Positions 1 through 10,700 of a stretch of DNA of 61,273 bases are shown piece after piece. Under the pieces are notes generated by a model, which had not been told where the DNA came from, ran no database searches, and saw only the letters and a program-made list of their open reading frames with translations. The DNA comes from a virus. Taxonomy: Duplodnaviria; Caudoviricetes. Position 1 is the stretch's first letter. Each line of letters opens with the position of its first letter. Location: the IMG/VR virus record IMGVR_UViG_3300032288_001098, positions 1 through 61,273 of that record; one strand, 5' to 3'. The translations under genes and the position numbers were made by a program.

Positions 1-400
1 ACCCAGCTTGTGCGCGACACCATGAAGTTGGTATCTGATGGCGGCATCGATCCCACTGAGATGCACTGGTTTGACGCGACCGGATGCTTTATGGATCAAA
101 GCGAGGAGTCTCAGACACCTTTGCTCGACAGCAGGCCACCATTTCGCAAGTGCATGGTCTGTTGGGAGGGGCAGTCCAGAAACCACCAGAGGATGCGAAT
201 GTGGCTACTGGTGGCGGGGGATGATCCCGAAGAGGGCATCGTGTTGACTGTCTGGAGGCAGCCAGCCACCCAGCGCCCGGTGGCGTCGCCCATCATGGTT
301 TACCTCATCGACGATGGACAGATCCGCTACGGCCCGATGGATGAGGGGGTTACGATGGACAAGACCGAGGCCGAGATGATCCTTGGGTTTGTCTCGGCGT
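1..400. repeat. Left copy of imperfect 400-nt terminal direct repeat (circular overlap)
   Basis: Aligns without gaps to 60874-61273; about 18 mismatches by manual count; nt 328-400 identical. Confidence 0.95.
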
Positions 401-705
401 GGTACGAGTCCCTATCCCGGCGCAGTCAGGCGTACATCCCCAGTGTGGCCCAGACCTTCACAAACCGGCGCAAGATCGCGCAAGGCAAGCCGCCCTCATA
501 CGACTGGCGCACCGTCATCATCGAGCCTGTAGCGCCCCGCAAAGAGTCTCAGGGGGGTACTCATGCCTCGCCCCGCCTGCATGACCGCAGGGGGCACCTC
601 AGAAGGCTACGCAGCGGTAAGAACGTCTGGGTCAAAGCCTGCAAGGTTGGCGACCCCACAAAAGGTGTTGTGTTCCACGACTACAAGATTGCGGAGGCGG
701 CATGA
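1..705 (+). CDS. Conserved phage protein of unknown function; 5' end wraps round from ATG at 60868
   Basis: Frame 1 open from nt 1; the terminal copy supplies MTTQLVRD; C-terminal HASPRLHDRRGHLRR..VWV motif seen in phage proteins. Confidence 0.8.
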   Translation, partial: TQLVRDTMKLVSDGGIDPTEMHWFDATGCFMDQSEESQTPLLDSRPPFRKCMVCWEGQSRNHQRMRMWLLVAGDDPEEGIVLTVWRQPATQRPVASPIMVYLIDDGQIRYGPMDEGVTMDKTEAEMILGFVSAWYESLSRRSQAYIPSVAQTFTNRRKIAQGKPPSYDWRTVIIEPVAPRKESQGGTHASPRLHDRRGHLRRLRSGKNVWVKACKVGDPTKGVVFHDYKIAEAA

Positions 706-812
706 ACAAAGAAACTGAACTGTCGGTTAAAACCATTTTCTTGATCATCGCCGTTGCGCTGTTAGCGTTTTGGCACTTGGTCATCTACCTGATCTACTGG
801 GGACTGCTATGA
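702..812 (+). CDS. Small membrane protein (36 aa)
   Basis: ATGA overlaps at both ends, GGAGG upstream, single hydrophobic stretch. Confidence 0.5.
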   Translation: MNKETELSVKTIFLIIAVALLAFWHLVIYLIYWGLL

Positions 813-1000
813 CCGAAGAAGATGAAGCATTCAACTGGGTTGAGACTGAGTCCAAGCTCAGGCAGCAACTTATTCATCAACTGACTCACAAGGTGGATCC
901 GGTGGAAGACTTCCGGGCGAGGCTGGCGCAGGCTATCGAGGCCATGCCTTTTGGAGACACCGCAGCCAGCTTTGCAGCGTTTGTGAGAGCGTTTAAATGA
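809..1000 (+). CDS. Hypothetical protein
   Basis: ATG at 809 coupled to upstream stop; stop overlaps next start. Confidence 0.6.
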   Translation: MTEEDEAFNWVETESKLRQQLIHQLTHKVDPVEDFRARLAQAIEAMPFGDTAASFAAFVRAFK

Positions 1001-1437
1001 GGCCCCGGTACGAGACCGAGGAGCATCTTGAGGCCGAGGGCAAGACCGCCGCCGTTCTGGCAAAGGCTTGGAACTGTGAGTTCCACAAGATGCCCATACG
1101 CTACAACTTGGACTTCGTAGCCAAGAGGGGTGACATTGCATTGGCCTTCTGTGAGTTCAAAACCCGCAACTACACGATGTCCCAAATCGACAGCATGGGC
1201 GGCTACCTCCTGAGCATCGGTAAATGGGCGGCTGCAAAGACCATCTGCGAGGCGTCCGGCCTACCGTTTACACTGATCGTCAGTACCACCGATGGCATCT
1301 GGTACTACACCGTCAAAGACTTCAAGCCCGACAGCGTTCTTGTCAGAGGCAGGAAAGATCGCCACGACTGGCAGGACATTGAGCCGTGTGTGCTGCTCAA
1401 GACCAGCCGTTTTACAAAGTTCAATGTACCGCGATAA
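997..1437 (+). CDS. PD-(D/E)XK-type nuclease-like protein
   Basis: LDF...CEFK.R motif arrangement. Confidence 0.55.
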   Translation: MRPRYETEEHLEAEGKTAAVLAKAWNCEFHKMPIRYNLDFVAKRGDIALAFCEFKTRNYTMSQIDSMGGYLLSIGKWAAAKTICEASGLPFTLIVSTTDGIWYYTVKDFKPDSVLVRGRKDRHDWQDIEPCVLLKTSRFTKFNVPR

Positions 1438-1714
1438 GTATCTTTTGGAGGCCGTCAGGCTCTCTCCCTGTCAGCACTGCGGGATTCAGGACGGCACTGT
1501 GGTGGCCGCTCATTCAAACCAACTGCGCGATGGGAAGGGCAGGAGCATCAAGGCCCACGACTTCAGGATCGCCGCCCTGTGCTTTAAATGCCACTACGAG
1601 CTGGATCAAGGCAGCAAGCTCACAAAGGATGAGCGTTTAAACATGTGGGAAGACGCCCACCGGGCCACGGTAGGCTGGCTCTTCCTTAACGACCTCATTT
1701 CAGTGAAGCGATAG
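1424..1714 (+). CDS. Zinc-binding HNH-like protein (DUF1364/DUF968-like)
   Basis: CQHC...AAHSN...GKG..IKAHD...ALCFKCH. Confidence 0.7.
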   Translation: MYRDKYLLEAVRLSPCQHCGIQDGTVVAAHSNQLRDGKGRSIKAHDFRIAALCFKCHYELDQGSKLTKDERLNMWEDAHRATVGWLFLNDLISVKR

Positions 1715-4700
1715 CCTTCTTGACTTCCTGAATGTTCTTGGTCAGGTTGTTCTCTGCCTGATTGATGGTCAGCAGGCCGTCCCGCTTTTCCTCTGCGCTC
1801 ATGGTGGAGGACTGGATGACAACCCTCATCTCCCGCAGTTCCTTCATGGTCTTCTCAAGGTCTCGGATGTAATCCTTGACCGCCAGCGGACCCAAGTTAT
1901 CCTGCACATACTGAGCAAACTTCTCAGGCTCCATCGTCCGCTCAAGCAGGTTCATCGTTCGCACGGTGGTGTCAACCGAATCCTTCATCTCGTAGTAGGC
2001 GGTGACTGTGCCCCGGGCGGCAGGATCAACGGCAAACCTCTTGATGACTGGCATCTGTTCAAACCGCTTGGCCGCTTTGGGGCTGTCGCCAAACTGATCC
2101 ATGATGTAGTCGATGGTGTCGATTGCGTACATACCCATCGTGCCGGTATAGCCCTTGATGATGTGGTCAACCTTCATGGGCGACAGGCCGAGATTCTCCC
2201 CAATCGCTTTGGCGATCTTCGATGTACCCGGGCCAACCTGATACTCAGCCGCAACATCCTGCATGCCCTGACCAACGATCTGCCGCCAAGTGAAGGGGTT
2301 GAAGTTAAACGCCGTCTCAAGGACTGGCTTGACGACCTGCGGGATTGGGTTAAACGCAAAGGTACTCATGAAGTTGCGCTTCATCGACTCCGTGAAGTCT
2401 TTACCTGTGTCATTGCCAAATGAGTAGGCCATGATCCGCTCGGGGATGGTCTTGAAAAGAACACCCACCTCGAAAGGAATCGGGATGCGGATGCCCAAGC
2501 TGGGGATGATCCAGTTGTTGTCCTTGGTCTCCTGCTCTTGAGATTTGTAATCATCCTCGTCATGGACCATCATCCAGTAGTATGCAGAGATGGCCATCAT
2601 GGTAGAGCCACGCAGCCAGAACTTGCGCTGGATCGCCGCCTTATCAGCCATGTTCATGTTGCCGGTGGATGCTCTGTAGAACAGGTCAAGACCTTGCATA
2701 CGGGCGTTGAGGAAGGGAACCCCTGCGGTCAGGATACGGACCAGTGGGGAGTTGCCCTTGCGGTTGAAGTTCATCACCTCCAAAGCCCTGAAGAGCGCCT
2801 CGGCCTCGTTGCCTGTGTCGTTTAAAACACGCTCATAGACCAAAGCACGCGTAGCTGCGTCGGACGCCTCGGTTCCGCGTTCCAAAGCTCCCCACAGTGA
2901 TTTAAACGGGCGAAGGACCAGCGGTGCTTTTTTCCCGGCTTTTTCTGACAGGTCTTCCTCAAGCTGCCGCCCAGAGCGTTCGATGTTCTGGCTGAACTCG
3001 TAGCCGCCAATCACCCCGGCATCCAACAAAGCCTCGTAGCCTTTGGATTTCTTGGCGAGGGCCTTGCCAAAATTGATGACCGTACCTGCGATAGGGGTCA
3101 TTTTTTGGCCCGAAGTCACCCATGCGGACAGCGAATCACGCATCAGGTTGGCCATCATGAAGCCGGGGTCCTTGGTCACCAAGTTGCGCAGGGCGTTGGC
3201 GGGCGCAGCGATGATCCCAAGACCGGGTATCTCGTTTAAATGCAAGCTGCTGATGGCGTCAATGAGCAGTGCATCGGGTGTGCGGTATGAAACACGCTTG
3301 CCGTTCTCCAGAACATGGAACACATCCGGCCCGTTAGCATCGTGATCAAGCCTCTCTGCGCCCATGCCGGGGGCCTTGACCTTGGTCACAACCCCGACCG
3401 CTCTCTGAGCCGCAGCGTTCTTCACCCCCGCCTGAATCATCGACTGGGTGTTACGCACCGCAGTCTCAAGGAAGTCGGCCAATGGAGCTGTGCCACCCTT
3501 GAGCTTCTTGGGTGGTTTAACGCCAGCAATCGATTGGAAGATGTTCGGGCCAACAGTGGTCTCTCCGTCCATCTGGCGGTAGAAGGGCACGTAATCGGCA
3601 TACCGCATAAACGCTTCTGCGTTCTGCTCGGAGATCACCCCCGTATCCCGGGCGTACTTGACCAGACCATTGTTGAACTCGATGAACTCTTTCTGGACCG
3701 TCACAAACTCTGGAAACTTGTCCTGAAGATACTTGGCGTACTGGACATCGGTGTTGTCGATGCCGGTCTCCTTGCCTTCAGCGTTTAAACGCACTCCGCG
3801 CTTAACCATCGCCCAGTACTGGTAGTACTGATAAATCTTCGGATCACCGTAACGGGCCAGAGGCTGGAGGATCGCAATCAAGCCCTTCTTGCTGCGGTCG
3901 ATGGTGGTCACGCCGTTCTTGTAAACGGGGATGCCACCATTGCGATCTCCAAATCCCATAGCCGATGCCGCAACCCCTGCGCCAAGATCAGACATGAGTG
4001 CTGCTGCCTCTGCGCTTTGATCTGCGAGAAGCTCTTTGCCGCCCATCTGCTCGACCAGCTTTCTGTCGTAGACACCCAACTGGTTGTACTGGTTGAGGAC
4101 ACGCTGACGGAAATAGGAGAAGTTCTTGGGACTGATGGCCTCAGTCATGCGCTCAAAGAAGCCTTCGGGCTCTCTGCGGAAGGTTGTCTCCCCGATCCGG
4201 GTCTCCATCGCTTTCGGGATGGCGGGAAGGCTGTATTTGACCTTGCTGCTCATCCGAGTGAACTTCTCCATCGCCTTGTCTTTGTTGGCGTAGGAGAGCG
4301 GCTCAACCTCTGCCGCCATCAAAACCGATGACACTGAGTCAGGGTATTGGGCGGTCAGCATTTTTACCGGAATGGACTTCGCATCTTCAGCCCGAAGGTG
4401 AATGTAGATTGGTACTTCGTTATAACCAGCCCCGTGGAGAGCCAGCATGCGATGACGGCCCTCGTGACCCGTAATTTTCCACTCACCATTTTTTTCTGAC
4501 ACGGACAAAAATGGAACTTGGTCGTAGTTCCTCATCCTCTCAGGATCAAGTGGCTCTTGCTCTTGAAGCAGTCTTTCAAAAGTTTCAGGCGATGCTGTGG
4601 CACGGACGAAATCCATCGGATCAACAAACGCAAGGTAACCCTTGGTCTTGTTCTCCGCATCGTTCTGGGTGTACATGGATTCATTCCACAGCTTCTCAAA

Positions 4701-7700
4701 ACGATTATCGGAATAGCGCACATTCTTCAGGCTGTAGCGGATGTCCTTGGTCTCAAGGCCGTAGTCACCGAGGTTGCCGGTTACTGACTTGAGTTGCTCG
4801 GGCTTGTAAACGGCGTAGTTCTTCGGCGAGGCCCTGTTCTCCCTCACGGTAAACGCATCAAAGCCGAGGGCGCGAATGGCCTGCTGTACCCGCTTGTCCT
4901 CGATGGCTTGCCACAATCCTTGAGAGATGCGACCCTTCATCCCGGCCAACCACTTCTCGGGGAAATCCTGCGGGATTTGGGTGTTACGGGCAACCCAGTC
5001 CATGACCAGATTGACATGGTCCGAGTTCTCAAAATCAAACGGTGTCTCTGCCCGGGCGTACAGGGGCATGATTGACATGCGGGTGGGAGACAGATCAAGC
5101 AGGGCGGCGTAAACCTGCGCTTCAATGTCGCCAAAGTCCCCATAGTCAGGAACCTTGCGATTGGCTTGCTTGATGAAGTCGGTGCCCTCCCTCTCGGAGA
5201 TGGAGCCCTTCTTGACCTCCTCATCCACAACACGCTGGAAAAAATCCAGCTTCTCGGCCTTGTTTAAAGCCTTGTAGATTTCACGACGCAGCCTGTCTTC
5301 TGCGATGCTGCCAAATGTTTCTGCCTCTTCTGGAGTGTCAGCGAGGAAGATGGCTTGAGACTGGCCTGCCGGGGTGAACTCAAAAAACTCCCGGGCGGTG
5401 GCGTGGTAGAAAACCTTGGCCTTGCCATCCTTGTCCAACCACCTGTTAGCACCATTGAATAGCCTGAACTCCCGTGTGGTTGGGACTTCCGTCTTTGCTA
5501 CAGCCTCCTTGACCGCCTTGACGGAGGGGAATGCTACGCCTTTGAGGCTGTAGCGGGTGGCAGACTTAGATGTTTTTACATCATGCTTACCGACAAGAAC
5601 GGCATAACCGTTGTGTTGAAGCGGATCGTTGAGCAGGTAGCCGTCGAAGCCAGCTTCCTTTACGCCGCGCTCCCAATTGTTGCGGCGCTCCTCTGCCGTC
5701 TCACCGTTGGCTCGTTTAACAATTCCCAGTGGGTCTTTGAGAACATCGTACAGATTGTTGAGCTTGATAACATGAGGTACACCGCCGACCCCAGACTCAG
5801 GAATGATGCCACGGCCCTTATCAACATAGAAGTATGCGCGACTGCGGATATCCGAATTTTTTGGCTCCATGAGCCTGTCGCGCTCCATGCCGCGCAAACC
5901 AGAGCCGTAGAAGGCGGTGGAAATAATTGGGCGTTGTTGCTTGCTGAAATGAACGCCGACTGCGCTTACTGAGTTTGCTCTTGGCGTCCCGTATTCGGCT
6001 TGCGCATCGCCGACTCGTATCTCGTTACCGCGCTCTCCGCCTCGTTGGCGAGCCGCTCCTCTGGCGTCGATCCAACGATCTCGGAGGGCGATTGCGGATT
6101 CCGCAATGGCCTCCAAACGCTTACGCCCTTGCCCCCGAACAGTGTCTCGTTCGGCTTGTAAGTCCTGTGTATCACGTTCGCCATATCTCGTTCCCTCAAG
6201 GTAATCTTCTCTCTTGCTGGCCTCAACCAAATCGCTGTGGAACCGCATCGGCTCGTACACCTCGATGTCGCCAACATAATCAAACTCATTGATAGCATCA
6301 ACGATTGCTTGATGATATTGCTTATCCGTCAAGGTGTCAACTCTGTCATCGTAGGCAGAGAAGTTGCCGAAGAACAGAGAGCCGTTACGCAGCGTGTCGC
6401 CGCCAGCCTGAGGAACTGAGCGGGCAATGTGATTGCGAAGCTCGTTTACATCGCTTTCCTTCATCCCATTGGGGATCACAACTTGAACAAAACCAGCTTG
6501 ACTGCCCGATGTTTTATTGTTCTCGTCGAAGGTGACCATTGCCTTCTGGTCAAGCACATAGCCAAGCACCCGGGCAAGCTCGTCAAGCTCTTGAATGGTT
6601 GCGTCTTCGGGGGCTTCAACGATTATGTTGGGGTTAAGCTCACCCTCATACTTGCCAGAAGAGAATTGGTAGCTGTAACCCCTCAAGCCAAGCTCGGAAA
6701 ACACTCCGAGCATGATTTTGCTGGCAACAGCCTTGGTTGCATCAATTCTTTCCTGCGGCGTCATCTCTCGCCACAACTCTGCGGAGATGTGGTCTGGATT
6801 CGGCGCTACTTCTGCGACGATACCTTTTTTGAGGGATAACTTGCTTGCATCGACCCGACCAGATTCATCAGGTACTGCGCCCTTTCCTCTGGACTCATCC
6901 CTGCGGTCAGGTTGTTCATCGAAGACCACAGAGGGTCCCTCTCGTCGATCACTCTCTGTTGACTGGGCAATGATTGCTTCTTCATATCCGATGTCATCTG
7001 CTTCCCTTCCCGTCAGTTTGGCATACAAGCGTTTCTCATAGTACCAAAGAGCGGCCTGAATGTCTGCAAGAGACAGGTCGATGCCTTCGGAACGCAGGTT
7101 TTTCTGTGCCTTACGAGCAACGTCATACATGAACTTGCGGTCGCTGGAGTTGAAGGGGTCCTCCTTCAACATCTCGTATTCGTTCTTGTAAATGGTATTT
7201 CCAAGTTTCTCAAGCCTATGCTCCAACATTAACTGCTCGAAAGCAGGTCCGGCCTTTCGCTTGGCTTTAGCAAGCCATTTGGGATAACCAGCTTTGTTTG
7301 GCTCCTTGGCTCCAGCAAGAAACTCCAAATCCGTCACATACCCATGTTGCTCGTACTTCTTTTTAAATGGAACGGTTGCAGCAATTACCTCTTCACGGGT
7401 TGCCGAGGGCATCTCCATCAGCTCACGGAATGTATTGATGGAATTTGGGGTAGCTTGAGGCACCAGCAAACCGCGCATCCGGTTGATACTGCGGGTCCAC
7501 CAAAGGTCCATCGTCAAATAACCCTCTGATCCCGAGAGGTTGGCGTAGAACGCACCAAGTTTTGGTCCAAAGTAAATTGCAGCGGCTGGGATTTTGGTGT
7601 TGGCAAGGTAGTCACTGCTGGGCTCTTCGCCCACACTGCGCAGATAAGCGTTCATCTGTGAAACAGTGATTTCCTTGGTGAGTTCCTCTTCAAAGCCCTT

Positions 7701-10700
7701 GCCGTGCTTGTCAAGTAACGACTGAATCTGGACAAGATTGTTAGTGAGCGCATCTGCACGGCGAGAACTAACCGGAACAAGCGGCTTGCCCTGACGCAAG
7801 TCGGAATACAGCCGGATAGCATTCTTGATGTTTGCGGTTACATCTTCACCGTTTGAGGTGACAGCAACAAGCGCAGAGAACACAGACCGGGCGTGTTTGT
7901 TTTCTTTCAGCTCATTGAATCGATTGCCAAGACGTTTAACTGCGTTGGGGTAGTTGTTGGAATACCAGCCAAGGCCAGTGCCGGTTTTGGCGCTGGCGCG
8001 TAGCTGGTAGCCAACTTCGTCAGCAACAGCCTTGGCAAGGTCTTCGACATCTTGTGCGGTCGGGTTGGACTTGTCTATGGCACCAAAATGATCCGTGGTG
8101 TATTGGTTCAACGCTTTACCAACATCACGAACATTATTTGCGCCGGTTGCGCCCTTGACTTTGTCTGTCTTCAAGCCAAGGGCAATTTGTGCGAAACCCG
8201 CCGTCTGCTCCATAAGGTTGCGGGTAGAACGATTCACCCCAGCGCCTGCAAGGCTGTATTTTTGTTTGGCATCAATAACTTCTTCAGCCTTCTCTTCGGC
8301 CTCACGCCCCCTGCGGCTGGATTCCTCATTCATTTTGACCATGAGGTCGTTAGCTTTCTGCTCATCGCCGCCAACAAAATCCATCACCGCTTGATTTAAA
8401 CGGCGGAATGTCATGGTCTGATTGCGTTTTGCAGCCCCGGGAGAAATCCCTTGTGGCCGTCCAACTCTTCCAGACGCCTCGTCATCTGCCTTGATGACCT
8501 TCTCATGCAAGTCCCAAATCTTCTGGGGGATGCCTTTGGGCGCAAGGCTAAGTTTCTCTTCTGCTTCGGCAGGCTTACGACCTCTCAACTCGCCACGCTC
8601 AACCCTTTGGAAGATGTCATCCGCAGATTCAAACCCTGCGCCGCGCAGAGCTTGGCCGAAGTTCAGGAAGAAGTTCTTGAGCCGTTTAAACAGAGCAGCG
8701 ATCATGCCCGGTGGCGGCGTGGCTCCTCTGTCATAAGCGCCGAATGCGTCAGCAATTGCCTCCTCGTTGAGGGTTTCCCTGACGTAGTTCTGGAGTTGCT
8801 GGCCGGACAGGCCCTTGGCCTCGCCCTCTTGGGTGAACATCTCGACATACGCATCATGGCGAGACTTACCCTCGGAGAAGGGCACGTTCTTGAGTTCCTG
8901 AACCCACTGCTTTTCTGCTCTTTCGTTTAAAGCCTTCCACTGCTGCGGGGTGAAGAAGCCCAAGTCCTTGAGCGCATGAAGGGACTCATGCCGCATGGTC
9001 TGAAGCGGGTTGGCCTCGTCATACGCCACCCGGATCAGCTTGTTCAGATATGCGCCGCCCGCATTGTTTTCGATGCTCTCGACAACCTTCAGGCCGACAT
9101 CCTGCAAGCCAAACTGCTTGAGCTTGGGGACAAGCTGTTGCTCCAAAGCAACAATACGCTCATCCCTCTGCTTCTTCATCTCCGCCTGTTTAAAGGGTTC
9201 ATCGCCGATGATGCCCCGCACCGACGCCTCCGCCTCTCCTGCGGTTGCGAAGGTTCCAAGTGGCTCGTTGGTGGGCGACAGCACGTTGTACTGCTCCCTC
9301 ACCGTTTCCTTCTGGCCAATCGGGGCGAAGGTCAGGGGGGCTCCGAGTTGTTGGACTTGCTCCGCCAACTCTCTTGCTTTGGTTTCTGCGGCCAGTTCCT
9401 GATCGGGCAGGGCGGTCTTTAGCTTGGTGTACTCGGGGTCAGCGGTCTTGCCGGTGGCCTCAAGGTAGTCAATCCTGTCGCGGGTCTTCTGTATCCCGTC
9501 ATTGAGCTTTTCCATCTGCTCAACAAGGGTCTCCCGCTCGGACTCACGAATTTCCTTGAAAGACTCGATCTTTTGCAGGGCCTGTTGCTCGGACGCAACA
9601 GTTGTGAGCGGGGTCTCCTGACCCTCCACAAAGATGCCGTAGGACTCAGGCCCGACCTCCCGGCCCAACTCCTCGCGCATGACCTTGTAGCCTTGCGGCA
9701 ACTCGATGGGCTTTTCGGGCTCAGGGGGACGAGCGGCCATTTCGGCAAGCGCCCGGGCCTTCTCGGCCTCAAACTCAGCCTGTTGTTTCTTGATCGCCTC
9801 CTGACGCAGAGCCTCCACATCAGGGCCGCGAAGAGCGGCAACTGGAGCAGAACCGAGAAGACCAAGCAAGCCTTCCTGCGTGGCTTGACCGGCAACACCC
9901 TCAAAGGTGGGGACATCACGCCCCTCTCTCTGGAGGGCGAGGTTTGCAGCCAAGCGTTCCTGACCGCCTTGGAAGGCTTCTGTGGGCACATCGGTGGCCG
10001 CTGCTGTGGCTATCCTGCCTGCCACAGATTGGCTGGCCTTTGCCGCCGCCCCGGGGGTCAGAAGCCGTTCTGCACCGAACCTGCCAGCGACATAACCTGC
10101 GCCTGAACCCAGAAGAATCTGGTCAATGTTGTTGCCTGCGTAGCTTTGGGCGGCTTCAGCCTTTGCCCGGGCCTCCTCCTCGCCAACGCCGTCCTTGCGC
10201 TCTGCCTCATACACCGCATCGTAAATAGCGCCTTTGACAGCGCCAGCACCCTGCGCAGTACCAATGACGGCAGGAGCCGCTTTGGCTACGTTGGTTGCCG
10301 CCGCAGTTGCCCTTGCACCAAGTCCAAGAACGCCAGCGGCTGGCCCCAAGAACATGGTCGGGATATACGGAGCAAAGGAACCCAATGCCTGTGCGGCAGA
10401 CTGAAGCGGGGCCTCGGCAATGTTTTGAAGTACGGCCTTGGCTTCTTCAAGGGCACTGCCAGATGCTTCTGCACGCTTTAAACGCTCCTGCTGGCGGGCA
10501 AGCTCGGCTTGGCGGGCGACAGACATCCCGGCCTGAGAAGCCCGGACACGCTCTTCCAATGCCCGAGAAGCCACATTCCCAGCCCCAAAGACATCAGTCA
10601 GGGCTTGGGTACTGCCATATGCGCTCTGCGCAAAGGAGGCGGCAAGATCGCCGAGGTTGAAGCCAGCAGACTCAGGAGCCCTCTGGCGCATCGCCATCTG

